From assembly GCA_016841485.1 (NCBI GenBank), contig JAENZA010000002.1, positions 30,927-94,926 of the forward strand: a stretch of DNA of 64,000 nucleotides, given 5' to 3'. The first letter of the stretch is position 1; the number at the start of each line of letters is the position of its first letter. The notes beneath the pieces were generated by a model. It saw only the letters and a list, made by a program, of their open reading frames with translations, did not search any database and was not told where the DNA came from. Source of the DNA: Methanobacteriota archaeon (GTDB taxonomy: Archaea > Halobacteriota > Methanomicrobia > Methanomicrobiales > Methanomicrobiaceae). Below are positions 37,928 to 48,486 of this stretch, in pieces. The position numbers and the translations under genes are program-made.

Positions 37928-38404
37928 ATGACAGGCGCACAGAACGGGGTGAAAGCCCGTCATGGTGATACGGTCAGGGTGCATTTTACCACAACCGACA
38001 CGGAGGGTACTGTTCTCGAATCGTCCCGCACCGGTGAACCGAAGACGGTTGTGATCGGGGAAGGGACAATTAATCCTCTCTTTGAGGACGCTCTCATCGG
38101 CCTTTCTCCGGGCGATGTATGCACGGTGAGGATGAGTGCCGACCATGCGTACGGGAAGTACAGAAAACAGCTGGTATCTACCCTGAAGAAGAGATCCATT
38201 TCACTGAAAAAAGACCCTCTTCCCGGAGAGATCATTATAATCACGCTCCCTTCGGGCCAGAAAACCCATGCGACGGTAAAGGAGGTGAAGGCAACCAAGA
38301 TTGTCGTGGATGCCAACCATCCCTATGCCGGAAAGGAACTCCTCTATACTCTTGACCTGGTGGATATTCAGTCAATGCCCTCCGGCGGCGCCGAGACGCT
38401 CTGA
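37928..38404 (+). CDS. FKBP-type PPIase (SlyD-like, cytoplasmic)
   Basis: GDTVRVHFTTTDTEGTVLESS...VVIGEGTINPLFEDALIGLSPGD...DANHPYAGKEL. Starts 5 nt after the previous FKBP gene. Confidence 0.8.
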   Translation: MTGAQNGVKARHGDTVRVHFTTTDTEGTVLESSRTGEPKTVVIGEGTINPLFEDALIGLSPGDVCTVRMSADHAYGKYRKQLVSTLKKRSISLKKDPLPGEIIIITLPSGQKTHATVKEVKATKIVVDANHPYAGKELLYTLDLVDIQSMPSGGAETL

Positions 38405-38709
38405 AGTACCCACGAGACGTACGACTCCGTTCCCTGCGGCACCGGAAATCCCAGAATTTCCGGTACATCGTACGGGTGCAGGGCTAGTATCCGATTTTCA
38501 ACCTCCGAAAATTTTTCGGAGGTTGTTTTCATCATCATCAGCAGTTCGCGCTCTGTACAGAATTTCTCCTCCCACATGTACATCGACCGGACCGGTATCA
38601 GATTGATACAGGCGACGAGATGTTCATTGATGAGGGCGTGCCCAATGTCATATGCCGCGTGTTCGGGGGCAGTGGATATGACAATCATCAGGGATGGCTC
38701 TTCGGGCAT
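38368..38709 (-). CDS. cutA: Divalent-cation tolerance protein CutA
   Basis: LVACINLIP...SMYMWEEK...HPYDVPEI, typical of CutA1. Start at MPEEPS (38709). The 3' end overlaps the convergent FKBP gene by 37 nt. Confidence 0.85.
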   Translation of the reverse strand: MPEEPSLMIVISTAPEHAAYDIGHALINEHLVACINLIPVRSMYMWEEKFCTERELLMMMKTTSEKFSEVENRILALHPYDVPEILGFPVPQGTESYVSWVLQSVSAPPEGID

Positions 38710-38762
38710 CTTCGTTCTCCTCATTCCTGAATGGAATATGAGAAGAAAAATCCTTCTGCTGC

Positions 38763-40616
38763 TTACATGACGGTGACGAGTATGTTGATGAGAGTTCCTA
38801 TCCCCATACCGAGCAGGAGGGTGTATGCCGAGACCATCAGGGCGATTTTAAGGCCCATTTCCCTGTACAGCACGGCAATCGTTGAGACACAGGGGACGAA
38901 GAGGACGCTTACGACGGCAAAGGTGTAGAGCTGCACTCCGGTCATGACCGACCCGAGGTCAGCGGTGCCCGCGAGGACCGCGAGTGTCTCAAAGGCCATC
39001 TCTTTTCTCAGGATGCCGAAGATAAGAGCTGTCGAGGCATAATCCGGGAGTCCGAGAATGTTTTCCATGAATGACGCGAAAATGTCCTGGAATGCCTGGA
39101 TCGTCCCGGTATACTGAAGAATCCCGAGAAAGATGCTGCTGACGATAAGAATCGGCATTGCAATGAAGAGAAATTCCTTCATTCGAAGCCATGCACGTTT
39201 CAGGGACTGCCTGGCATCCGGTCTTCTCAGCGGGGCCATTTCGAGTATCATGCCGAACTGTTCGCCGGGGGTGAACCTCGTCAGGACCAGTCCGGTCAGG
39301 ATGATCAGGAGAAGAACGATCAGGTAGATGGAAAATGCCCAGCCGATACCGACGAAGACCGCAACGATGCCTGCGATGATAACCGTCCGTGCGGAACAGG
39401 GGACCATCGTAATCAGGAATGCCGCGATGATGCGTTCCCTTTTTGAGAGCTGCCTGATGCTCATGATCGCCGGAACATTGCAGCCAAGACCAAGCACCAG
39501 GGGAATGAGTGCCTGGCCGTGCATGCCCACCCTGTGCATGGCACGGTCGGCGAGGAACGATGCACGGGTCATGTATCCCGTATCCTCGAGAATGGAGATC
39601 AGGACATAGAAGGTGAAGACAAAGGGAAACGCAATCCCGAGGCCTGCCTGTATGGCGATAACGAGGGAGAAGAGCACCTGTTCCCAGAATGGTGAGAATC
39701 CTGCGGCGAGGAGGGGAACGATGAAGTACGTATCAAAGAATGCGACGATCAGCTCTTCCATCCATGAACCGACGAAGAATACGGTCAGGAGCAGGGAGAC
39801 GAGGATTGCGATCATAATCGGAATGCCGGGAAACGACCGCGTGAGGATGCGGTCCAGGTCCAGCTTTTGTCGCGGGTGCCTGGTGGTAATTATCGAATCC
39901 GCAATTTTTGCCGCTTCATTGTGCCGGTTGGTTGCAATGATCTGCTGGACGGACATCCGGTGCTGTTCTTCGATCTCATCGCTGATGGTCTGGGCCGTCT
40001 CGATAAGGTCGGCATTGTCTCCCAGGCCCTGGAGTGCGTAGAGCGCCTCCAGTCGCGAACATCCGGTCAGTTTTCCCAGGCTTCGCAGTGCCGCTTCGAC
40101 ATGCCGGTCATACGGGACCTTGTGATGGATTTTGCAGGCATCGGAGAGAGCGCAGGGGATGATATCGCCGACATTTTTTCCTTCCGATGCTGCTGTTGCA
40201 ATGATATTGCAACCGAATATGTCGGCCATATGCGCAAAGTCAATCTCAATTCCTTCTTTTTCGGCTTCATCCATCATGTTGACGACAATAACCGCCGGGA
40301 TGGCATACTCCGCGAGCTGGAGAAGGAGATAGAGATTACGTTCGAGCTGCATGGCGTTAAGGACCAGAACAGCGGCGTCGAGATGCTGCGTGAGCAGATA
40401 GTTTCTGACCTGAATCTCTTCGTCGGTGATGCCGTCGAGCGAATAGATGCCCGGAAAATCCGTCACCTCAATCATCTCCTTCTGGTAACAGACATTTCCT
40501 GAGAAGAGATCGACGGTGGTGCCGGGGAAATTGCTTATTTCGACACCAATCCCTGTCAGTTGATTAAAGATGAGCGATTTGCCTACATTGGGATTGCCGA
40601 TCAACCCAATTTTCAT
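38763..40616 (-). CDS. feoB: Ferrous iron transporter FeoB
   Basis: N-terminal G domain (GNPNVGKS, DFPG) plus a polytopic membrane domain. 617 aa. Confidence 0.93.
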   Translation of the reverse strand: MKIGLIGNPNVGKSLIFNQLTGIGVEISNFPGTTVDLFSGNVCYQKEMIEVTDFPGIYSLDGITDEEIQVRNYLLTQHLDAAVLVLNAMQLERNLYLLLQLAEYAIPAVIVVNMMDEAEKEGIEIDFAHMADIFGCNIIATAASEGKNVGDIIPCALSDACKIHHKVPYDRHVEAALRSLGKLTGCSRLEALYALQGLGDNADLIETAQTISDEIEEQHRMSVQQIIATNRHNEAAKIADSIITTRHPRQKLDLDRILTRSFPGIPIMIAILVSLLLTVFFVGSWMEELIVAFFDTYFIVPLLAAGFSPFWEQVLFSLVIAIQAGLGIAFPFVFTFYVLISILEDTGYMTRASFLADRAMHRVGMHGQALIPLVLGLGCNVPAIMSIRQLSKRERIIAAFLITMVPCSARTVIIAGIVAVFVGIGWAFSIYLIVLLLIILTGLVLTRFTPGEQFGMILEMAPLRRPDARQSLKRAWLRMKEFLFIAMPILIVSSIFLGILQYTGTIQAFQDIFASFMENILGLPDYASTALIFGILRKEMAFETLAVLAGTADLGSVMTGVQLYTFAVVSVLFVPCVSTIAVLYREMGLKIALMVSAYTLLLGMGIGTLINILVTVM

Positions 40617-41263
40617 GCAATTTTCTCCACATAGACCGTTGAGGCGATTTCAGGGCTGATCGCAATATCACTCTCTTTGATTTCAACGACGAGAGCGCCG
40701 TTTGAAAGTCGCCTCCTGATGACGATCTCCTCGCCGGGGATGATGCCGATATCATTGAGGCGGCTTACGCGGCGTGGGCCCCCGACCATGAGGATACGCA
40801 GGTGGTCGCCCTCATGAAATTCCTTCAGGGTGGGAAGATCAATCTCGTGCCTGCACCCATGCCGTTGTCGCAGGTGCCCACAGGCCGGTGGAACACTGTG
40901 GCTGTGCAGGTGGTGCTGGAGGCGCCGGATTGTTTCATTCGAGGCGTTATGTTCAATGGCGCAGGCTTCTTTGGATGCCGTTTCAGGGTCCATTCCCAGC
41001 ATTTCTGTCAGAAATGACTCGAGAACACGGTGTTTTCTCTGAACACATTCGCCTCTTCGTCGTCCTTCGTCTGTAAGGCGGATGGTGGAATTTTTCTCAA
41101 GAACGAGTTCTCCCTCTTCCTCCATGTGTCTGAGATCGACGAGTACCTGTTCTTTCGACCGTTGAAGCGAATCAGCCAGTATGCCGATGTTCTTCTCATC
41201 AAGGGTAGAGATATTATGGTTGAGAAGAGCTTCCAGATAATCCTCATGCTCAGAGATATGCAT
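40613..41263 (-). CDS. DtxR/MntR-family metal-dependent regulator with C-terminal FeoA/SH3-like domain
   Basis: HISEHEDYLEAL, wHTH, KHRVLESFL and a metal-binding helix, then LRILMVGG...LNDIGIIPGEEIVI (FeoA-like). Overlaps feoB by 4 nt. Confidence 0.8.
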   Translation of the reverse strand: MHISEHEDYLEALLNHNISTLDEKNIGILADSLQRSKEQVLVDLRHMEEEGELVLEKNSTIRLTDEGRRRGECVQRKHRVLESFLTEMLGMDPETASKEACAIEHNASNETIRRLQHHLHSHSVPPACGHLRQRHGCRHEIDLPTLKEFHEGDHLRILMVGGPRRVSRLNDIGIIPGEEIVIRRRLSNGALVVEIKESDIAISPEIASTVYVEKIA

Positions 41264-41335
41264 AAACCAAACAAAATGTGATTGTAGACGCAATAATAGT
41301 ATTGTCCGTTCCAAAAAACGAAATTTCAGGATACC

Positions 41336-41962
41336 ATGAACAGAGAGAATACCCCTTCAATACTACTGCATGACCCGCCGTTTTACCGCAGGGAATTTGA
41401 GGATGCTTACCGCTATATCATCGAGGAATATCATATTGAACCACGCAAAGTCGGGATATTCATCCCCTGTGCGGTACGAAAACCCTACAGCTCCTCCCCG
41501 AGCCACCGGCTGTTTCAAAAAATATTTTCCGAGGTCTTTTCCGGGTCCGACTATCATGCGACAATCTTTGGGACCTGCGGGACCGTCCCCGCCGAACTCG
41601 AACTCATGTACCCGTATGCACAGTATCACTATATGCTGGGCAAGTGTTCGGACATACGGGTAAAAAATGATTTCCTGAAGATAGAGACCTACCGGCTCAA
41701 GGGGTACCTTGAAAAGACGCGGGAAACCTATGACTATCGTATTGCCTATTGTATCGGCATCTTTCGTGAGGCGATGGTTCGTGCCTCGGAAGAGACCGCC
41801 ATTCCGGTCACGCTCTACCCGACGGTGCCGACCATCGAGCGTATGTACGATGATGACTGTCCCTTCCCGGAAGGAAGCCTCTCCATGCAGGAATATATCG
41901 ATGAATTCCGGGGAGGGCTTCTCCGGGTACGGGACCTGGTACGGGACGTCAGGGTTCCGTAA
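41336..41962 (+). CDS. Stand-alone ArcS-N-terminal-like (DUF5591-like) protein
   Basis: 208 aa. Contains PCAVRKPYSSSPSH (nt 41465-41506), an exact match to the PC-x3-KPY-x2-S-x2-H motif I recall for archaeosine synthase ArcS. No TGT-C2 or PUA domain follows. Confidence 0.55.
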   Translation: MNRENTPSILLHDPPFYRREFEDAYRYIIEEYHIEPRKVGIFIPCAVRKPYSSSPSHRLFQKIFSEVFSGSDYHATIFGTCGTVPAELELMYPYAQYHYMLGKCSDIRVKNDFLKIETYRLKGYLEKTRETYDYRIAYCIGIFREAMVRASEETAIPVTLYPTVPTIERMYDDDCPFPEGSLSMQEYIDEFRGGLLRVRDLVRDVRVP

Positions 41963-43883
41963 TCTCGGTTTTGAGACGGCGCACCTGTTCGCGCAGTACT
42001 ATGGCGCGTTCGAAGTCAAGGCGGTCGGCCGCCTCCTGCATGTCCGCTTCCAGTTCGATGATGAGGTTGGGGAGTTCTGCTTTGGGGACGTGCCGGGTAT
42101 CGGTAATCTCCACCTCTTTTTCCCGTATGGGTTTTTGTATGGTTCGGGGCACAATGCCGTGATCCAGGTTGAAGGCGATCTGCATCTCCCTGCGGCGTCT
42201 GGTCTCTGCCATCGCCCGTTTCATAGAATCCGTTTCTTCATCGGCGTAGAGGATTACCCTGGAATTGGCGTTTCTGGCAGCCCTGCCGATGATCTGTATG
42301 AGGGACCGGGAATCCCTGAGAAATCCTTCCTTGTCGGCGTCGAGGATTGCGATCAGGCCGACTTCTGGAATATCCAGTCCTTCACGCAGGAGGTTGATGC
42401 CCACCAGGACATCGAATTTGCCCAGACGGAGTTCGCGGATGATCTCGGTGCGTTCGATGGTTTTGATATCCGAATGGAGATACCTCGTCTTAATCTCCTG
42501 ACCTGCGAGGTATTCGGTGAGCTCCTCTGCGAGTTTTTTGGTCAGGGTCGTGATGAGGATCCGGTCGCCGCGTTCGATGATCGTATGGATCTCTGTTAGA
42601 ATGTCCTGTGTCTGGCCCCTGATGGGTCGGACTTCCACCTCGGGGTCCACGAGGCCGGTAGGACGGATGATCTGTTCGACCGGCCTTCCTGAATGGCGGA
42701 GTTCATACTCTCCGGGAGTGGCGGAGACGAAGATCACCGGGCGCATGTACTCTTCAAACTCATGGAATTTCAGCGGACGGTTGTCAAAGGCCGACGGGAG
42801 GCGAAAGCCGTAGTCGACCAGGGTTTTTTTCCGCGAATAGTCCCCGTTGAACATGCCGCGGACCTGGGGGAGCATCTGGTGACTTTCGTCGATGACCATC
42901 AGGAAATCATCGGGGAAATAGTCAAGAAGGCAGAACGGTTTTTCTCCTTTCCTGCGGTGATCGAAGAACCGGGAATAGTTTTCAATGCCCTTGCAGTACC
43001 CGGTCTCCTCGATCATCTCAATGTCATAGAGGGTTCTCTGCTTCAGGCGGTGCGCCTCAAACGGGCCAAGTCTGGAGAGCGTCTCTTCCAGTTCGTTTCG
43101 GATCTCTTCGATGGCTCCTGCCTTTACCTCCTCGGGGATGACATAGTGCCGGGCCGGGTAGACAAAGAAGTAGGACAAGGTCTCGAGCCGTTCATGGGTC
43201 GTCCGGTCAATCTCCGAGATCCGGTCAATTTCATCTCCGAAGAGTTCGATACGGATGATGTTGTTGTAGTATGCCGGGATGAAATCAATCGTGTCCCCCT
43301 TTACCCGGAATCTGCCGGGGAGCAGTTCGATATCATTGCGTTCATACTGGATATCGATGAGACGGGAGAGGATGTCCCTGCGTTCGCACCGGTCGCCGAC
43401 ATTCAGTTCAAATCCGAGTTTTTCAAAATTCTCGGGGTTGCCGAGCCCGTAGATTGCTGAGACCGATGCAACGACGATCACATCGTTTCGCGAGAGCAGC
43501 GATGCGGTTGCGGCAAGGCGCATCTGTTCGATCTTCGGGTTTATGCTGGCGTCTTTTTCGATGTACTGGTCTTTTTGCGGGATGTAGGATTCCGGCTGGT
43601 AGTAATCATAGTAGGAAACGAAGTACTCGACCCTGTTGGATGGAAAAAAATCGCTGAATTCGTTATAGAGCTGGGCAGCAAGGGTCTTGTTATGGGCAAG
43701 AACAAGCGTCGGTTTCTGTACGTTTCGTATGACATTTGCAATGGTGTAGGTCTTTCCCGACCCGGTCACTCCCAGAAGGGTCTGGTACCGGGCCCCGCTC
43801 CTCAGCCCGCTGGTCAGCTGATCGATCGCTTCCGGCTGCGATCCCTTCGGAGAGAATTCCGAAACCAGTTCAAAGGACGTCAT
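41949..43883 (-). CDS. uvrB: Excinuclease ABC subunit B
   Basis: GVTGSGKT, helicase motifs, C-terminal UVR domain (LEADMQEAADRLDFERAIVLREQV). Confidence 0.95.
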   Translation of the reverse strand: MTSFELVSEFSPKGSQPEAIDQLTSGLRSGARYQTLLGVTGSGKTYTIANVIRNVQKPTLVLAHNKTLAAQLYNEFSDFFPSNRVEYFVSYYDYYQPESYIPQKDQYIEKDASINPKIEQMRLAATASLLSRNDVIVVASVSAIYGLGNPENFEKLGFELNVGDRCERRDILSRLIDIQYERNDIELLPGRFRVKGDTIDFIPAYYNNIIRIELFGDEIDRISEIDRTTHERLETLSYFFVYPARHYVIPEEVKAGAIEEIRNELEETLSRLGPFEAHRLKQRTLYDIEMIEETGYCKGIENYSRFFDHRRKGEKPFCLLDYFPDDFLMVIDESHQMLPQVRGMFNGDYSRKKTLVDYGFRLPSAFDNRPLKFHEFEEYMRPVIFVSATPGEYELRHSGRPVEQIIRPTGLVDPEVEVRPIRGQTQDILTEIHTIIERGDRILITTLTKKLAEELTEYLAGQEIKTRYLHSDIKTIERTEIIRELRLGKFDVLVGINLLREGLDIPEVGLIAILDADKEGFLRDSRSLIQIIGRAARNANSRVILYADEETDSMKRAMAETRRRREMQIAFNLDHGIVPRTIQKPIREKEVEITDTRHVPKAELPNLIIELEADMQEAADRLDFERAIVLREQVRRLKTEITEP

Positions 43884-45430
43884 GCACCTATCTTCTTTTG
43901 ACGCAGGAGGCGGTTATAGGTTATTGCAAACCGGTGCGCCTCGTCACGGATTTCCTGGACAAACAGTGAGGCGGTATCATGTTTTTTTACCGGGAGCGGC
44001 TGGGAGAAACCGGGGATGAAGAGTTCCTCCTCCCGTTTTGCGATGGAAATGATGGGGATCTTCACGCCGAGTTCATTGAGGGCATCGACCGCTGAGGAGA
44101 GCTGTCCCTTTCCGCCGTCAATGATCACCAGGTCGGGGAGATCGCCCCCCTCTTCGAGGATTCTCCGGTACCGGCGGGTGACCACTTCCCGGATTGCGGC
44201 AAAGTCGTCGATGCCCTCGAGGGTCTTTATCTTGAATCGCCGGTAATGCCGTTTGTCCGGCCGGCCGTACCTAAACTGCACCATCGATCCGACCATCGCC
44301 GTTCCGGCAAGGTGGGAGATGTCGAAACACTCGATGACTTCCGGGGGGTCGGGAAGTCCGATCCGTTTCTGGAGCGAACGGACTTTTCTTTCTCCGCCGA
44401 AAAAGACGGTTTCGATGTTTCTTGCGACGAGGTCAAGGAGATTTTTCTTCTCCCCTCTCTGGGGCATGGTAATCCGGACCTTCTTCCCCTTCTGGGCCGA
44501 GAGAAACTCCCCTATCGCTTCATCGGGAGGTTCGGGCAGGATCAGTTCGGATGGCGGTTCGTTCTCCGAGTAGTACTGTACCAGAAATTCTTCAACCGCT
44601 CCGTCCTTCCAGTCAAAGACGAACTCCTGTTTCTCCCCGAGTGTCCCTTTAAAGACCGAGAAGAGCATCAGGTAGAGGACATCCTGCCTGACGGTGTAGT
44701 TGATGATGTCTTCATCGGTGGTCTTTGTCCGTTCGATGTGCTGGCGATCGGAGAGATGGCGGACGGCATCGATCTGGTCCCGGAGTTCCATGGCGCGTTC
44801 GAATTCCTGGTTTTCCGCGAAGGTCTTCATCTCGGCCTCCAGTTTTCGTATGAGACTGCCTGCATTGCCTTTGAGGACTTCCTGCGCACGACCGACCCGG
44901 ACCATATAGTCGTCCGTGCTGATCTCTCCTCTGCAGGGAGCGATGCAGGTTCCGATATGATACCTCAGGCAGGGACGTTTTGGCATCTTACGGCAGGAAC
45001 GAAGCCTGAAGGTCTTCTTCACCACCTGGAGGACATGGTCCCTCTCCCTCCCGGAGACGAAGGGGCCGAAGTAGGTGCCGTTCTCCTGTTTGCTGCGGGC
45101 AATGCAGATGCGTGGAAACGGTTCTTCGGAGAGGGAAATAAAGGCGTAACTCTTTGAATCCTTGAGATCGATGTTGTATTTTGGGCGGTACCGTTTGATG
45201 AGGGAATTCTCCAGAATGAGAGCCTCGACTTCGGTCCCGGTTACGATGAAATCGATGTCCCTGATGGCGCTGATCAGAGCGGACGTCTTGGGATCATGAT
45301 CCGATTTGGTAAAATAGCTGGCAACGCGTTTTTTCAGGTTTTTTGCCTTGCCGACATAGATGATCTTCCCGTCCCCGTCCTTATAGAGGTAACACCCGGG
45401 GAGGTCGGGAAGGGAGCGGTAGTCATTCAT
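43880..45430 (-). CDS. uvrC: Excinuclease ABC subunit C (short form, no C-terminal HhH pair)
   Basis: GIY-YIG (PGCYLYKD...[14 protein letters not shown]), UVR domain ([14 protein letters not shown]), Endo-V-like domain ending ...[22 protein letters not shown]. 516 aa. Confidence 0.92.
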   Translation of the reverse strand: MNDYRSLPDLPGCYLYKDGDGKIIYVGKAKNLKKRVASYFTKSDHDPKTSALISAIRDIDFIVTGTEVEALILENSLIKRYRPKYNIDLKDSKSYAFISLSEEPFPRICIARSKQENGTYFGPFVSGRERDHVLQVVKKTFRLRSCRKMPKRPCLRYHIGTCIAPCRGEISTDDYMVRVGRAQEVLKGNAGSLIRKLEAEMKTFAENQEFERAMELRDQIDAVRHLSDRQHIERTKTTDEDIINYTVRQDVLYLMLFSVFKGTLGEKQEFVFDWKDGAVEEFLVQYYSENEPPSELILPEPPDEAIGEFLSAQKGKKVRITMPQRGEKKNLLDLVARNIETVFFGGERKVRSLQKRIGLPDPPEVIECFDISHLAGTAMVGSMVQFRYGRPDKRHYRRFKIKTLEGIDDFAAIREVVTRRYRRILEEGGDLPDLVIIDGGKGQLSSAVDALNELGVKIPIISIAKREEELFIPGFSQPLPVKKHDTASLFVQEIRDEAHRFAITYNRLLRQKKIGA

Positions 45431-48236
45431 GGATGTTCAACAGGGGCTGCAGGAACCGGCCGGTGTAGCTCTGCGGTGTGCCGGCTACCTCCTCGGGCGT
45501 TCCTGCTGCGATAATTTCACCTCCTGCGTCGCCTCCTTCGGGTCCGAGATCGATGATATGGTCGGCAGATTTGATCACATCCAGATTATGTTCGATCACG
45601 ATGACCGTATTCCCCATTTCAACAAGTTCGTTCAGGACGGCAATCAGCTTTTTCACATCATGGAAATGGAGGCCGGTGGTGGGTTCATCGAGAAGGTAGC
45701 AGGTGCGTCCGGTTGCCCGTTTCGAAAGTTCCCGCGTCAGTTTGATCCTCTGTGCTTCTCCCCCGGAAAGGGTGGTCGAACTCTGACCGAGCTTGATGTA
45801 CCCGAGACCCACTTTCCGGAGGGTATCCAGTTTCTTCATTATAGACGGGATGTTCGAGAAGAGATCACATGCCTCGTCGACGGTCATGTCAAGTACTTCG
45901 GCAATGGATTTGCCCTTGAACTTCACCTCGAGGGTCTCGGCATTGTACCGGGTCCCCTTGCACTCCTCGCACTCCACATAGACATCGGGCAGGAAGTTCA
46001 TCTCTATTTTTATGAGGCCGTCCCCCGAACACCCCTCGCACCTGCCTCCCTTGACATTGAAGGAGAATCGTCCCGGTTTGTATCCCCGTATCTTTGCCTC
46101 TTTCGTCTCTGCAAATACCTTGCGGACTTCGTCAAAGACCTTTGTATACGTGGCAGGGTTGGACCGGGGCGTTCTGCCGATGGGGCTCTGATCGATGACG
46201 ATCACCTTATCGACCGGCGTGTCGAAGGAGAGGGAATCGTAGGTGCCTGGCTGCATGCGGGAGTGATGAATTTCCTTCATCAGCGCCCGGTACAGGGTAT
46301 CGTAGATGAGTGTGGATTTTCCCGAGCCTGACATGCCCGTGACTACCGTGAAGAGGCCGATGGGAATATGCGTCGATACGCCCTTCAGGTTGTTCTGGCG
46401 GCACCCGGTCAGCCGGATGTACTGGTCCGTTTCCCTGCGAGTCGTCGGTACCGGGATAATCTCCTTTCGGGCGAGGTACCTGCCGGTCAGGGAGTCCGGG
46501 TTCTTCTCGATTTCACCCGGTGTCCCTTCGGCGACGACCTGCCCGCCATGCACTCCCGCTCCCGGTCCCATATCGACGACATAGTCTGCCATCCGGATGG
46601 TGTCTTCGTCGTGTTCCACGACAATGAGAGTGTTGCCGAGATCTCGCAGCTTCTGGAGGGTCTCAATCAGGCGGTGGTTGTCCCGCTGGTGAAGGCCGAT
46701 TGACGGTTCGTCCAGCACATAGAGGACACCCATCAGGTTGGAGCCGATCTGGGTGGCAAGGCGTATGCGCTGGGCTTCGCCGCCGGAGAGGGTTCCTGCA
46801 CTGCGCGAGAGCGTCAGGTACCCGAGGCCGACCTGTTCGAGAAAGGTGAGGCGGGATTTGATCTCCTTGATCACCTGACGTGCAATCTCCTGTTCCCGTG
46901 GGGTGAGGTTAAGATCAGAGAAGAAGGCGAGGCATCCTGAGATGGAGAGGCTGGTTACGTCCACGATGGATTTGTCCCCCACCTTGACGGCAAGGACCTT
47001 CTCCTTCAGGCGCCTGCCGTGACAGGCGGGACAGTCGGAGATGCGCATGAACTTTTCGAGTTCTTTTCGCCGGTATTCCGATTTTGTCTGCCTGTATAGG
47101 CGTTCGGCCTGGGGGAGCAGCCCTTCCCATTGTCCTTTGTGCGACCAGTGCGCCTCACCGTTCTTCATCCGCATATCGAAGCGTATTTTCTCAGAAGAAC
47201 CGTACATCAGGGCGTTGTACTGCGTTTCCGTGAGATCGCGGATGGGGGTGAAGATGGTAAAGCCGTAGTGCGCGGCAACCGCCGCCAGGTACTGGCTGCG
47301 ATAGCCGTCAAGGAAGTTCCGATAGGTGGCGACGGCACCGTCGGAGATGGACTTGTCCTGGTCGGGGATGATGAGGTCGGGGTCCATCTCCATCCGGATA
47401 CCCAGGCCGTTGCACTCCTCGCAGGCGCCGAACGGGCTGTTGAATGAGAACATTCGCGGCTGGAGTTCTTCGAACGACATGCCGCAGACCGGGCATGCCA
47501 TATGGGAGGAATAGAGCCGTTCTTCCTCGCCATCCGTTCCCACGGTAATGACCAGTCCGCCGGACTTCTTCAGCGCCCCCTCGACCGCTTCGACGAGACG
47601 GGACCGGTCGGTCGTCTCGAGACGGTCGATGACGACGTCAATATCATGTTTGACATACCGCTCGAGGGTAATCTCCTCATCCGTACGGACAATCTGCCCG
47701 TCCACCCGTGCCCGCGGATATCCCTCCTGGTCCAAGTCGCGGAGGAGCTGCTGGTAGGTCCCCTTTTTCTGGCGGATGACCGGGGCGAGGATGGTTACCT
47801 GCCCTGCGTAGTCCTCTGAAATGGCGTCGGCGATCTTTTCGGGTGAACGGGATTCTATGCGGGTCCCGTGGTCCGGGCAGTAGGGGATCCCGATCCTCGC
47901 GTACAGCAGTCGGAGGTAGTCATAGATCTCGGTGACGGTGCCCACGGTACTCCGGGGGTTTTTGGAGGTGGTCTTCTGCTCGATGGAGATTGCCGGGGAG
48001 AGCCCGTCTATTGAGTCCACGTCCGGTTTGTTCATCAGCCCGAGGAACTGGCGGGCGTAGGAGGAGAGGGATTCGACGTACCGTCGCTGCCCCTCGGCAT
48101 AGATGGTGTCGAAGGCGAGGGTGGATTTGCCGGACCCCGACACCCCTGTGATTACAATGAGTTTGTCGCGCGGAAGCTCTATGGTGATATTCTGGAGGTT
48201 GTGCTCACGCGCTCCACGGATCGTAATATTTTTCAT
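45423..48236 (-). CDS. uvrA: Excinuclease ABC subunit A
   Basis: 937 aa. Two ABC modules ([18 protein letters not shown]; LSGGEAQR twice) and zinc-finger Cys pairs. Confidence 0.95.
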   Translation of the reverse strand: MKNITIRGAREHNLQNITIELPRDKLIVITGVSGSGKSTLAFDTIYAEGQRRYVESLSSYARQFLGLMNKPDVDSIDGLSPAISIEQKTTSKNPRSTVGTVTEIYDYLRLLYARIGIPYCPDHGTRIESRSPEKIADAISEDYAGQVTILAPVIRQKKGTYQQLLRDLDQEGYPRARVDGQIVRTDEEITLERYVKHDIDVVIDRLETTDRSRLVEAVEGALKKSGGLVITVGTDGEEERLYSSHMACPVCGMSFEELQPRMFSFNSPFGACEECNGLGIRMEMDPDLIIPDQDKSISDGAVATYRNFLDGYRSQYLAAVAAHYGFTIFTPIRDLTETQYNALMYGSSEKIRFDMRMKNGEAHWSHKGQWEGLLPQAERLYRQTKSEYRRKELEKFMRISDCPACHGRRLKEKVLAVKVGDKSIVDVTSLSISGCLAFFSDLNLTPREQEIARQVIKEIKSRLTFLEQVGLGYLTLSRSAGTLSGGEAQRIRLATQIGSNLMGVLYVLDEPSIGLHQRDNHRLIETLQKLRDLGNTLIVVEHDEDTIRMADYVVDMGPGAGVHGGQVVAEGTPGEIEKNPDSLTGRYLARKEIIPVPTTRRETDQYIRLTGCRQNNLKGVSTHIPIGLFTVVTGMSGSGKSTLIYDTLYRALMKEIHHSRMQPGTYDSLSFDTPVDKVIVIDQSPIGRTPRSNPATYTKVFDEVRKVFAETKEAKIRGYKPGRFSFNVKGGRCEGCSGDGLIKIEMNFLPDVYVECEECKGTRYNAETLEVKFKGKSIAEVLDMTVDEACDLFSNIPSIMKKLDTLRKVGLGYIKLGQSSTTLSGGEAQRIKLTRELSKRATGRTCYLLDEPTTGLHFHDVKKLIAVLNELVEMGNTVIVIEHNLDVIKSADHIIDLGPEGGDAGGEIIAAGTPEEVAGTPQSYTGRFLQPLLNIHE

Positions 48237-48306
48237 GGTTCGGTTGTCCCAATATTACGTGAGACATCCTAATAGAATTACAGGTTGTACCGTGGTGGAG
48301 TGAAAA

Positions 48307-48486
48307 ATGACCAAAGAGCGACCCGTCTGTGAATTTTGTGGAGAACCGGCAATCGGCGTCCAGATACTCGGGTGCTGCAGGCAGGAGGTATGTTACCGTC
48401 ATGCGGAACAGCAGTTACGGGACATGAAGTCGGGAGAGCAGAAGGAGTGGGGCATATGCTATTATGTCCGGTATGATGAGGAGTAG
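48307..48486 (+). CDS. Possible small Cys-rich (zinc-ribbon-like) protein, 59 aa
   Basis: Not in the supplied track (below 60 aa). Translation: MTKERPVCEFCGEPAIGVQILGCCRQEVCYRHAEQQLRDMKSGEQKEWGICYYVRYDEE. SD-like GGTGGAGTGA ends 3-4 nt before the ATG. Overlaps the next gene by 23 nt. Confidence 0.3.
   Translation: MTKERPVCEFCGEPAIGVQILGCCRQEVCYRHAEQQLRDMKSGEQKEWGICYYVRYDEE

Noticed and set aside
40613-41263. Apparent DtxR-FeoA gene fusion as a novelty
   Set aside because: The C-terminal SH3-like domain of DtxR-family regulators normally scores as FeoA-like. This is the standard architecture, not a new fusion.
41709-46331. Several long plus-strand ORFs (41709..42599, 42693..43460, 44246..45157, 45429..46331)
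   Set aside because: All are antisense to the unambiguous uvrB, uvrC and uvrA genes and have no recognisable motifs.
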